A stretch of DNA of 63,755 bases, filler included. It is 7 parts of 7 records of this genome, joined end to end, with 100 filler letters (N's around TTAATTAATTAA, not from the genome) between each part and the next. Parts side by side here need not be neighbours in the genome. Positions count along the whole stretch, not along the records: positions 13,515 to 21,934 come from SRR31147125_2977; positions 22,035 to 35,011 come from SRR31147125_2979; 5 more parts are not named here. One strand, 5' to 3'. A program made the translations under genes and the position numbers. This document shows positions 16,787 to 26,090 of the stretch, in pieces; the stretch's first letter is position 1, and every line of letters begins with the position of its first letter. The notes beneath the pieces were generated by a model that worked only from the letters and a program-made list of their open reading frames with translations, had not been told where the DNA came from and did not search any database.

Positions 16787-19591
16787 ATGAAATCAATCAA
16801 ATCCATAATTGGGGTTATCCTTCTAACCGCACTACTTCTTGCTAACAGCAATGCATTTGCTGCAGGTGATTGTTATGTCAGCAATGAATATGGTGACCAA
16901 TCAGAGCACAGCCTACTCTACGAATATACAAATCTTCTGATTGGAAAATGTAACGATGATGTTGTTATAATTGATGGTACCAAGACTATCAATGTAACTT
17001 CAAGCATGTATCTTTCAGGCAATCAGAGAATTGTTGGAGAAGTTGATGGAAGCGGATATCCTCTTGCTACTATCGTAGCTGACGGCATTTCAGCTCCTAA
17101 TCTTTTTGAAATTGATGGAAACAAAGTTGGTTCAGAACCAACTCTAGAAAACCTAATCATTGAAGCCCCTGGAAAGGTTGCTATCAAATTTTTGGATGAT
17201 GCTTATGGCCACTCAATTAAAAACGTCTATGTCAGGAACAGTGATACAGGCGTCCTTGTTTTAGGTGACGAAAATACCATTGAAGAATCTGAAATCTCCG
17301 AAAACGCAGAAGGACTGAAAGTTACAGGGTCTTCAGCAGATCACAATTTCATAACAAAAACAAATTTTTTCAACAATGGTGACACAGGTATTGAGCTTAT
17401 CAGTGGTGGAAATGACAGCATTCAAGAAGCCACAAGCTTAAGAGCTGTCTATAAAGTTAACAGCAAATACCTCTTGCTTGGAAAAGTTGAATCAACAATT
17501 ACAGATGGTGAATTTTTCACAGCGGCTATTGATGGCGAAGAAGGCAATGAGTATGAGTTCAAAATCAACTCAAGCGACATAACAACTATCAGTGGTCAAA
17601 AATTAATCACAAAAATTATTAACAAAAATACAAGCCTTCACGTAGCATTAACGGTAATGGATGCAGACGATAATACCTCTGAGTTCGCCCATTTTGGACC
17701 AAATGCAAACAAAATCACCGGTGATCCAGAAAACTGCATGGACGAAGATTGGTTTCTTGAAGCATACATAGAAAACCCACAGAATCCATGGGATGTAGAT
17801 ACCGATGGTGATGGCCTAAGCAACGGTGAAGAAGATAAAGATAAAGATTGCGAAATAGACCCAACAGAATCTGATCCAGAAGATCCAACTGATCCCGGTG
17901 ACCCAGTAATCTGCCCAGAGGGTGACGTTGATGGAGATGAAATTTGTGATCCAGTTGATAACTGTGTAGATGTTCACAATCCTCAGCAGTTAGATATTGA
18001 CGGTGACGGCATTGGTGACATGTGTGAAAGTTTCTATGGTGACCAGTGTTCAGACTATTGGGACTATGTAAACCATCCAGACACAACACCAGAAAACGGT
18101 CAGGAAGCAATGAGCGTATTCTTAGAGTGCTGTGATGTCCATCCTGATGAACAGGCTTGTTTGGACTTAGGTTGTGCAATCAAAGCATTCTTCGCATGGA
18201 TTTTTGACAACGATACCGATGGTGATGGCGTTGCCAATGACGAAGACAACTGCCCTGAAGTTGCCAATGGAATGTGTAAGGGTGATGAAAACCAATTAGA
18301 CTTTGATAATGATGGCGTGGGTAATGTTTGCGATAACTGCCCAGCAGTTTACAATCCACTTCAAGACGATATGGATAGCAATGGTGCAGGCGATGCATGT
18401 CAAGATGATCCAGATGTAGATAACGATGGTATTTACAACGATGCAGACAACTGCCCATCAGTTTCAAATGCGGATCAAGAGGATATGGACAACGATGGGA
18501 TCGGTGACGCTTGTGATTTCGATCTAGACGGCGATGGGACAGATAATGTGGCTGACAACTGCCCAGACATTATGAATATTAAGCAATTAGATGTTGATGG
18601 CGACGGTCTTGGTGACGCCTGTGATCCAGTAGATAATGCTATTTTGGTAAGCGATCTAGATGGTGACGGAGTATTAAACGTAGATGACAACTGTATCTTG
18701 GTTGATAACGCTGACCAGACAGATAGCGACAACAATGGAATCGGCGATGCTTGTGATGCACAGAACTCATCTATCTTAAATGATCTTGATGGTGACGGTG
18801 TAACAAACCATGACGATAACTGCCCAGCAATAGATAACGTCGGACAAGAAGATGCTGATGCCGACGGTATTGGTGACGCTTGTGAAGGTTACGTCGACAA
18901 TGGCGACATTGATGGTGACGGAATCGCTAACTGGGATGACAACTGTATCTTTACAGTAAACCCAGACCAACACGATTCAGATGGTGATGGTAAGGGTGAT
19001 GCTTGTGAATCCATGACAGATGGTGACGAAGATATCGATGGCGATACTATTATTAATAATATTGACAACTGCCCATTCGTCTTCAATCCAGTTCAAGCAG
19101 ATACCGACAATGATAATATCGGTGATGCTTGTGATTTAGATATGATTACATTGAATGACAATGATGATCTTGATGAAGACGGCGTATTAAATGGTGTTGA
19201 TAACTGTCCAGCTATTGACAATCCAAATCAAGTCGATTCTGACAATAATGGCATCGGTGATGCGTGTCAGCTAACATTAGATCCTGATAATGATTTTGAT
19301 GGTGATGGAACAATCAATTCATTAGACAACTGTCCGGTAAATGCTAACGCTGACCAGCTAGATACAGATGATGACGGTATTGGTGATGTCTGTGATCCAT
19401 ACAATGGAGCATTGGGAAGTCAAAGCGATGTCCCTTTATCAGAGCAATACGAATTAACGGGCGGTAGACGTTTTAATGGAGAGGGTTGTTCATTGATTCC
19501 GGGAACGAACGGAACAGCTTCAATGATTAACTGGATCTTGATGGCAATGACAGCGATTTTCATTGGAATCAGAAGACCATTTAGTAAATAA
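16787..19591 (+). CDS. Secreted or surface protein with a beta-helix region and thrombospondin type-3 repeats
   Basis: Signal peptide; many DxDxDGxxxxxDNCPxxxNxxQxDxDxDGIGDAC repeats; C-terminal GCSL, TM helix and RR. Confidence 0.9.
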   Translation: MKSIKSIIGVILLTALLLANSNAFAAGDCYVSNEYGDQSEHSLLYEYTNLLIGKCNDDVVIIDGTKTINVTSSMYLSGNQRIVGEVDGSGYPLATIVADGISAPNLFEIDGNKVGSEPTLENLIIEAPGKVAIKFLDDAYGHSIKNVYVRNSDTGVLVLGDENTIEESEISENAEGLKVTGSSADHNFITKTNFFNNGDTGIELISGGNDSIQEATSLRAVYKVNSKYLLLGKVESTITDGEFFTAAIDGEEGNEYEFKINSSDITTISGQKLITKIINKNTSLHVALTVMDADDNTSEFAHFGPNANKITGDPENCMDEDWFLEAYIENPQNPWDVDTDGDGLSNGEEDKDKDCEIDPTESDPEDPTDPGDPVICPEGDVDGDEICDPVDNCVDVHNPQQLDIDGDGIGDMCESFYGDQCSDYWDYVNHPDTTPENGQEAMSVFLECCDVHPDEQACLDLGCAIKAFFAWIFDNDTDGDGVANDEDNCPEVANGMCKGDENQLDFDNDGVGNVCDNCPAVYNPLQDDMDSNGAGDACQDDPDVDNDGIYNDADNCPSVSNADQEDMDNDGIGDACDFDLDGDGTDNVADNCPDIMNIKQLDVDGDGLGDACDPVDNAILVSDLDGDGVLNVDDNCILVDNADQTDSDNNGIGDACDAQNSSILNDLDGDGVTNHDDNCPAIDNVGQEDADADGIGDACEGYVDNGDIDGDGIANWDDNCIFTVNPDQHDSDGDGKGDACESMTDGDEDIDGDTIINNIDNCPFVFNPVQADTDNDNIGDACDLDMITLNDNDDLDEDGVLNGVDNCPAIDNPNQVDSDNNGIGDACQLTLDPDNDFDGDGTINSLDNCPVNANADQLDTDDDGIGDVCDPYNGALGSQSDVPLSEQYELTGGRRFNGEGCSLIPGTNGTASMINWILMAMTAIFIGIRRPFSK

Positions 19592-19610
19592 AAGATACTC
19601 TTATAAAAAC

Positions 19611-19643
19611 AAAAGGCGGGCTCTTTAAGAGCCCGCCTTTTTT
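19611..19643 (+). terminator. Intrinsic terminator
   Basis: GGCGGGCTCT-TTA-AGAGCCCGCC followed by a T tract. Confidence 0.85.
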
Positions 19644-19674
19644 ATTTGTCACCCTAAAATAAAATCTTCTAATT

Positions 19675-19712
19675 CACCCTCCCCTAACCCCCTCCCCTCA
19701 AGGGAGGGGGAA
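19675..19712. repeat. REP-like CCCTCCCC...GGGAGGGG element (related inverted copy at about 14246-14284)
   Basis: CACCCTCCCCTAACCCCCTCCCCTCAAGGGAGGGGGAA. Confidence 0.55.
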
Positions 19713-19738
19713 TAGAAGAACTTCGTCACAGGAACCAT

Positions 19739-19772
19739 AAAAAAAGGGACGGAGCTAAAAGCTCCGTCCCTT
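19739..19772 (-). terminator. Terminator of rnpB
   Basis: GGGACGGAGC/GCTCCGTCCC hairpin with a U tract on the minus strand. Confidence 0.8.
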
Positions 19773-19782
19773 CTTTATTATC

Positions 19783-20138
19783 ACGCTGGTCTATAAGCCG
19801 AGTTCTGTACTGTGCAAGCACAGCCATGGCCATTCATCTAGGCTATCTGTTACCAGATAGCTCAAGCAACCTACCCTCCATCCCCTAAAAGCTTGAACAG
19901 GCGGCTCTCGGAATTTCTTCAGGATGGTATATTTGGTCTTTCTCCCCGTAGAGTTTACAAGTTTTCACTACAGCAACTCCCTTAAACCACGACAGTTTAA
20001 GATCATAGCCCTGTACATCCTTTCTGCTGCACTTGTCCTCCTTCGACAAATCGAAGTGACGGGCGTTACCCGCTACGGTGCCTTGTGGAGCCCGGACTTT
20101 CCTCTTGCTTAAAAAGCAAGCGACCATGCGACCAGCAT
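19783..20138 (-). ncRNA. rnpB: RNase P RNA
   Basis: Minus strand has GAGGAAAGUCCGGGCUCC and ACAGAACUCGGCUUAUAG (both P4 strands), P1 AUGCUGGUC/GACCAGCGU, and P18 GCUAUCUG-GUAA-CAGAUAGC. Confidence 0.97.
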
Positions 20139-20253
20139 TAACAAAGACTTCCTTAATAATGCTAATGCGACATTAGTATTATTAAGGTTTAGTCGTCGTT
20201 ATACTTAGCTTTAATAAATGTTTATTAAAGCGGTTGAGTAAAATATAAAAGAA

Positions 20254-20649
20254 CTAAGCGTTATCGATAGCTTCGTTTGCTAGGCCATCTGCAACTTTAT
20301 TTTGTGCTCTTGGAACGTGATTTATTTCATAACTAGAAAACTTTTTCAACAACCCAATCACACTCTGATAACGAGGTTTCAACCCCTCATTTTTAACTTT
20401 ATATTCGCCACGAATCTGCTTCACAATCAATTCAGAATCGAGCTTGATACTAATTTCAGAATATCCCAGTTCTACAGCTTTTTCCAAACCACTTATCAAA
20501 GCAATATATTCAGCTTGATTGTTTGTGGTCTCACCAAGATACTTGTGACCTTCGTAAACAATACTACCCTTATCGTCAAAGATAGCCATACCTGCACCAG
20601 CTGGCCCAGGGTTTCCCCTGGCAGCTCCATCCGTAAATAGAGTAATCAT
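20254..20649 (-). CDS. rnhA: Ribonuclease HI
   Basis: TDGAARGNPGPAGAG, TNNQAEY, DSELIV, HVPRAQN..AD. Confidence 0.95.
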   Translation of the reverse strand: MITLFTDGAARGNPGPAGAGMAIFDDKGSIVYEGHKYLGETTNNQAEYIALISGLEKAVELGYSEISIKLDSELIVKQIRGEYKVKNEGLKPRYQSVIGLLKKFSSYEINHVPRAQNKVADGLANEAIDNA

Positions 20650-20650
20650 A

Positions 20651-20983
20651 TTATTCTGCCTTTTCTATTAGACCAAACGCTTTGAGTAATTTTTCTTCTT
20701 CACGGGGTGAGAGACATGAAATAATCTCTTTAGACTTTTTCGATAGATGACCGCACTTCTTAACATCGTAAGATGTGTTCTTCTCGCAGCTTAACTCCCC
20801 CTGAAATCCAACTGCAATCTCACGCAACAATGCTTTGATATCTTCAGCAGAGATATCTCCACCCAACGCATCACAAACTTTTGTGAAATCTTCTTTCTCA
20901 GCAATGTATGTAAGAAGTTCGCAGGCTATCTCTTTTGGCATTGTTTTAATTTTCATTGGCATCATCCTCATTTGAGGAGGCAT
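20651..20983 (-). CDS. Small hypothetical protein (true start probably at a downstream Met)
   Basis: Tightly packed between the zinc-ribbon gene and rnhA. Confidence 0.7.
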   Translation of the reverse strand: MPPQMRMMPMKIKTMPKEIACELLTYIAEKEDFTKVCDALGGDISAEDIKALLREIAVGFQGELSCEKNTSYDVKKCGHLSKKSKEIISCLSPREEEKLLKAFGLIEKAE

Positions 20984-21701
20984 CAGTCTCCTCGGGAATA
21001 ATTATAAATCTATAACAATTAGGACAAAAGTGCATCTTTGAGCCCTTGAGCAGTTCAATGAACATCTGTGGAGGAATATTCATATAACATCCCTGACAAA
21101 CGCCCTTTACCACTGGGGCAACCGGATCACTGCATCCTTGTTGTATAACTCTATATTTTTCCAGGAGTGCTTTATCGATATCTTTTGCAACTTTTTCAAC
21201 CTCAACAGCCAACGAAGATCTTTCCTTCTCAAGCTCAGATTTCTTCTGCATTAGCTCTTCTTCAGCAGTCCTGAATTCTTTCTCTTTCTCGGCAGACTGC
21301 TCAGAAAGTTGCGTTATTTCTTTCTCTAAGCTATCGATTTTTTCCATCAATTGGAGGATCGTCTCTTCTCTCTGCTTATTTGCCTGACGACCATCTGAAA
21401 TCTCCTTCAAAGCTGCCTGATATTCCTTATTCGTCTTGATCGCATAGAGCTTCTCTTCTCTCTCTTTCAAATGAGCAACACTTGCCTCCAAATCACCGTC
21501 CAAATCGCGTTTTTCAGTCTCTGAATCTGCTTTTTCGGCCTCTAGAGCGCTTAACTGCTCTAAAATAACCGACCATTCAGCCTTTGCTTCTTTGATTTGG
21601 TTGGGGAAATCTGAGAGTTCCTCATCTATCTCTATTACGTGAATATCTACATCTTGAAGTTTTTTAAGGAGCGCCATTTGGGCTTTAACGTCGATTGTCA
21701 T
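20946..21701 (-). CDS. Coiled-coil C4-type zinc-ribbon protein (DUF164 / CT398-like)
   Basis: Coiled coil with TNKEYQA; C-terminal CQGC...IPPQ...CPNC. Confidence 0.9.
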   Translation of the reverse strand: MTIDVKAQMALLKKLQDVDIHVIEIDEELSDFPNQIKEAKAEWSVILEQLSALEAEKADSETEKRDLDGDLEASVAHLKEREEKLYAIKTNKEYQAALKEISDGRQANKQREETILQLMEKIDSLEKEITQLSEQSAEKEKEFRTAEEELMQKKSELEKERSSLAVEVEKVAKDIDKALLEKYRVIQQGCSDPVAPVVKGVCQGCYMNIPPQMFIELLKGSKMHFCPNCYRFIIIPEETDASSNEDDANEN

Positions 21702-21903
21702 GGTTGCACTTATTATGACCCATACAAGATAATGTCAACCCAATTATATTAAAGATTTCCGATTATTTATTCTTGTTGCCAAATATTAAAATAGTCTTGT
21801 ATATCCGAAATTATTGACCTAGAAGCCATGTTTGCATATAAGGGTTCCAGATTCACACCCTTAGACGGCTTGTGGATTAAATCGAGTAGTGAAGCACATT
21901 ATC

Positions 21904-21934
21904 TGTCATTGCGAGGAGTCTGAAAGACGACGCG
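21904..21934 (+). repeat. Start of a GTCATTGCGAG-type REP element at the contig end
   Basis: TGTCATTGCGAGGAGTCTGAAAGACGACGCG; a repeat here would explain the assembly break. Confidence 0.5.
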
Positions 21935-22093
21935 NNNNNNNNNNNNNNNNNNNNNNNNNNNNNNNNNNNNNNNNNNNNTTAATTAATTAANNNNNNNNNN
22001 NNNNNNNNNNNNNNNNNNNNNNNNNNNNNNNNNNAGGTAAGGGGACAAAAACTTTCGACATTGTATTAGCGAACAACTTTTATTCCTTCCTTG

Positions 22094-22528
22094 TCATTCA
22101 TCAGAACCTCGAGGTCTGTATTCAGAGTCTGTTGGCATTGCTGATTGACAAAGTAGTCAGTCATCAGGTTCTCTTCGTCAGTCGTCAAGGCCTTGAGGAC
22201 TAGATTTACAGCCTGTTGGCCTTACCGATAGACAATGTAGTCAGTCACCAGGAACTCTTTATCAATCATCAGGGCCTCAAGAACTAAGTTCAGGGCTTGT
22301 TGGCCTCGCCGATTGACAACGTCGTCAGTCGTCAGGTTCCCTTTGTCAGTCACCAGGAACTCATTGTCAATCACCAGGGCCTCGAGGACTAAATTCAAAG
22401 CCTGTTGGCCTTGCAGATTGACAATGTAGTCAGTCACCAAGAACTCTTTGTTAGTCATCAGGGCCTCAAGGCCTAAATTCAGGGGCTGCTAGCCTTACGG
22501 ATTGACAATGCCGTCAATCATTTGAACC
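22094..22528. repeat. Degenerate tandem repeat with an 84-bp period (21-bp subunits), about 5 copies
   Basis: GATTGACAA/GATAGACAA anchors at 22143, 22227, 22311, 22416 and 22500 (spacings 84, 84, 105, 84). Confidence 0.85.
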
Positions 22529-22867
22529 TCCTCGTTTTTAAAATGACTGCTATCATCTCCCATATGCACTTACTGGCTTTTCTTAAATATTTATCAATTA
22601 TATGTCCAGTAAATCTGCTTTGTGTTGTCTCGGGCGCATATTATCACAAGATGATTAAAATTTATTTCAGCCGTTAAGTACAATTGCTAATAGCTGTTAT
22701 TTAGAATTTGTACAAATTACAGCCAGGCAGTAAGTCTATTGTGGTTAATAGATTTTTAACAACATCAGACTTTACTTAATTTTATGGCCTAGTGGAGTTT
22801 AAAAGTGTTTTTAGTTTTAAGATTTTTATATATTTAAAGAATTATTAACTAAATAACTCGCACACCT

Positions 22868-23620
22868 ATGGAAAACTCTACTAATGATTACCACATTAGT
22901 TTCTTTAAGCCTGCGAATCCTCATGCAAAAGCAAATCGAAATATGATTGTTTGGCTTGTACTAATTTGGTTTATTGCAATTTTCGGATTTCATATTTTAC
23001 TCAAATTAATTGAAAAACCTACGCCTGAACCAGCGTACACTGCATTCGAAAGCGTTTGGGAAAATGTGAAAGATGGTTCGGTAGCTAAGGCAGATCTGCA
23101 AGAATTTGGAAAGTCAATGCTTTCTGTACTTGGTAAGGTTAATATTTCGCCTGAAGAAAGAAATGTGTTAGATAACGGTTTGAGTTGGTCTATTTACGAA
23201 TTGACATTAGATTCAAATAGAATGGCATTGGTTTCTAAAATTCAGGAATTTGAGAAATTAAAAGAAACCATTACCAATATTTCAGATCTGAGTTATATTG
23301 AAGCAAAAAAAGAATTAGGGTGGGAGGCAAGCTCAACATTAAACCTGCCACTTACTGATATCCGAACAAAGATTTTACCTCTTGAATTAATTTCTGCTGA
23401 TATCGATAAGTTGACAGAAGACACTAAAGCGAATATTCCCGTTATTATGGAGAAATATTTAATTCATAATCAATCGGTATTAACCGACATGAAGTTCTTG
23501 GGATTCCCATTCCATTACTTTTACACAGCAGTTTTTCTACTTATTCTTTTTGTGGGTCTTTGCTGGTTATACTGTGTGAAAACAGACCAATTAAACGCAA
23601 AATATAACATTGTCGACTAA
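22868..23620 (+). CDS. DUF4212 solute:sodium symporter small subunit with a large extracytoplasmic insertion
   Basis: N-terminal TM (LIWFIAIFGF) and C-terminal KFLGFPFHYFY...ILFVGLCWLY; directly upstream of an ActP-like gene. Confidence 0.75.
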   Translation: MENSTNDYHISFFKPANPHAKANRNMIVWLVLIWFIAIFGFHILLKLIEKPTPEPAYTAFESVWENVKDGSVAKADLQEFGKSMLSVLGKVNISPEERNVLDNGLSWSIYELTLDSNRMALVSKIQEFEKLKETITNISDLSYIEAKKELGWEASSTLNLPLTDIRTKILPLELISADIDKLTEDTKANIPVIMEKYLIHNQSVLTDMKFLGFPFHYFYTAVFLLILFVGLCWLYCVKTDQLNAKYNIVD

Positions 23621-23630
23621 ACCTAAAATC

Positions 23631-25301
23631 ATGAAGAAATTATATATTTTACTTTCATTTATATTATGTACAGTTGCGGCTAATGCTACAACAGCAGCTA
23701 CTCAGTTAGAGGGAGGCTTTAAAGTTGGGCCTGCCATAATTTTAATTACAATACTTATTTTATTTGTAATGGTAGGTATCGTATTCCGAGCAAAGGATAC
23801 CACCGATTATTATGCTGCCGGACGCGGAATATCAAAAGTTGGTTCCGGTATGGCCATTGCGTCAAACTGGATGAGTGCAGCATCGTTTCTGGGTATGGCA
23901 GCACTTATGTATGGTTCCGGGTATCACGGTCTTGCTTATGTTGTTGGGTGGACAGGCGGATATGTTCTGCTCTTAATACTGATGGCTGGACAAATTCGAA
24001 AATATGGAAAATATACGGCTGCCGATTTTATTGGTGACCGATATTATTCTCAATCATTACGTGCTGTTGGTGCTATTATCGCCATTCTTATTTCTATCTC
24101 TTATTGTGTTGGTCAGTTTGGTGGTATTGGGTTAATGTTTAAATGGATTCTGGGACTAGATTATAAATGGGCTGTAATTATTGGTGGAGCAGTTGTTCTA
24201 ACATATACCCTTATTTCTGGTATGTTGGGTGTTACCAAGAATATGCAGATTCAATATGTAATTATAATTGTCTCATTTCTCATTCCTTTATTTATATTGA
24301 CCTTTAAGTTCGATTATTTTTGGCTGCTTCCACAAATAGGATACGGTTCTGTAGTAACAGATGCTGTTACCGGAATCCCATTAAGTGAAACAAATAACCT
24401 GCTAAACTCCCTGGGGCATGATTATGCCATGGTGCCGACTCCTGAATATGCAATGCCATGGGATCCCGCAACTGGTAAATCATTCTTTCAATGGGTGGCC
24501 ATTGCTTTTTCATTAATGATTGGTACTGCAGGTTTGCCGCATGTAATCCAAAGGTTTTATGTAGTGCCAAAAGCAAGAGATGCAAGATGGTCCGTTGTTT
24601 GGGGTTTGTTCTTTATTTGTATTCTTTACTGGAGTGCTCCTGCATATGCTGCATTCGGAAAAATACTTTCCTCAAATCCTGAGGTAGGAAAATTGGCCAA
24701 AGATGCTATTGTTGTTTACACGGCCCAGTTAGGGAATGTCCATCCATTAATTGTTGGTTTCCTTGCTGCCGGGGGGGTATCTGCTGCGTTTTCTACCGTT
24801 TCGGGTCTGTTAGTAGCTGGGTCTTCTGCCTTTGCGCACGACCTGTATGTGAAAGTAATTAACCCGGAAGCCAGACCAAAAAGCCAGTTAATTGCTGCCA
24901 GGTTGGGTACTGTTTTAATGGCTGTTATTGTAACACTGCTAGCTCTTAAGAATTGGGCGTTAATCGGACAGCTTGTTGCTGTGGCATTTTCTTTGGCCGG
25001 CTGTACAATTTTCCCATTATTTTTGCTTGGAATTTGGTGGAGTGGTTCGAACAGGGCTGGTGCAATTGCCGGATTAATAACAGGAGGCCTCGTGTCAGTA
25101 ATTGCAATTACATATTTTATAGCTGGAAAAGAAGGGGTTCAGCTTCCATTCCACGATTTTATTAGTTATTGGCTAGAAGCATGGTATTTCGCATGGATAG
25201 GAGCTCCACTTGCTATTCTTGTTCATATAATTGTATCTAAATTCACCAAAGAAACTCCCATTGAAATACGTAAATTCCTGATTGAAAAAGTTCACGAATA
25301 A
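23631..25301 (+). CDS. actP: Cation/acetate symporter (ActP-like SSS family)
   Basis: YYAAGR, AIASNWMSAASFLG, GTAGLPHVIQRFYVVP, AAFSTVSGLL. Confidence 0.85.
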   Translation: MKKLYILLSFILCTVAANATTAATQLEGGFKVGPAIILITILILFVMVGIVFRAKDTTDYYAAGRGISKVGSGMAIASNWMSAASFLGMAALMYGSGYHGLAYVVGWTGGYVLLLILMAGQIRKYGKYTAADFIGDRYYSQSLRAVGAIIAILISISYCVGQFGGIGLMFKWILGLDYKWAVIIGGAVVLTYTLISGMLGVTKNMQIQYVIIIVSFLIPLFILTFKFDYFWLLPQIGYGSVVTDAVTGIPLSETNNLLNSLGHDYAMVPTPEYAMPWDPATGKSFFQWVAIAFSLMIGTAGLPHVIQRFYVVPKARDARWSVVWGLFFICILYWSAPAYAAFGKILSSNPEVGKLAKDAIVVYTAQLGNVHPLIVGFLAAGGVSAAFSTVSGLLVAGSSAFAHDLYVKVINPEARPKSQLIAARLGTVLMAVIVTLLALKNWALIGQLVAVAFSLAGCTIFPLFLLGIWWSGSNRAGAIAGLITGGLVSVIAITYFIAGKEGVQLPFHDFISYWLEAWYFAWIGAPLAILVHIIVSKFTKETPIEIRKFLIEKVHE

Positions 25302-25303
25302 CA

Positions 25304-26068
25304 ATGATAAAATCTAAATCAACAAGAGCGCTTATACTAATTATGAGCGCTCTTGTAGTAATAGCAATTCTTTTTGCAAAAAGTTACTATGGCAATCGCA
25401 ACAGTGCAATAGATCCGAGGATAAAAGAAGCGAGAATACTCTATGAAAAGTACAATCAATATGCTCAAATAGCCGACTATGATTCTGTCTTTTGGTTGCT
25501 GGATACCATCGAATCGATTTACGGCAAACACGAGCATTACAAGAACTCTTTTGAAGTTGGAGTACTCTATAATAACCGTACAGCAATTTATATTACACAA
25601 GCTTTAAACCTGGAAATTAATCAGAAAGATTCCATATTAGAAGATTCTTTAATCTCGATTGCTGAGAAATCAGCAAAAAAAAGCATAACTTTATATGAGA
25701 AGTGGCTTACTAAGTACGAGGATTTAGGAGCTGAGCAAGATGAATTATCAATAGAAAAAGATTTTTTTGTAGGTTTGGAGTCGTTAGATGAAAAGTTAAA
25801 AGCACGAATCGCAAAGCAGAGAGTGAAAGAGATTAAGGAGGCGTTAATTGAGACTGAAAGAAGGCTCTCTGTAAGCTATACAAACCTGGGCGTAATTTAC
25901 AGGCAAAAAGAACAATATGAGCAAGCTGCGAAACACTACAAAAAAGCTATTGATTTGTGGGATAAGAATCTCACTGCTGAAAACAATTTAAATATATTGT
26001 TAGGCAGGCCAATGAAAAATAGAAACTTGATACAAAAATTATTTCCTTCAGAAAGGATAACAAATTGA
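25304..26068 (+). CDS. Membrane-anchored TPR protein
   Basis: N-terminal TM; TPR SYTNLGVIYRQKEQYEQAAKHYKKAI. Confidence 0.8.
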   Translation: MIKSKSTRALILIMSALVVIAILFAKSYYGNRNSAIDPRIKEARILYEKYNQYAQIADYDSVFWLLDTIESIYGKHEHYKNSFEVGVLYNNRTAIYITQALNLEINQKDSILEDSLISIAEKSAKKSITLYEKWLTKYEDLGAEQDELSIEKDFFVGLESLDEKLKARIAKQRVKEIKEALIETERRLSVSYTNLGVIYRQKEQYEQAAKHYKKAIDLWDKNLTAENNLNILLGRPMKNRNLIQKLFPSERITN

Positions 26069-26090
26069 TAATAACTATTAAGTATAAATT

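Noticed and set aside
17790-19400. Strong DNA periodicity and several antisense ORFs
   Set aside because: Fully explained by the coding TSP3 repeats on the plus strand.
19885-20127. 80-aa and 62-aa ORFs
   Set aside because: They overlap the RNase P RNA gene and are spurious.
22094-22528. Possible CRISPR array
   Set aside because: Units are contiguous and degenerate, with no unique spacers and no cas genes in the window.
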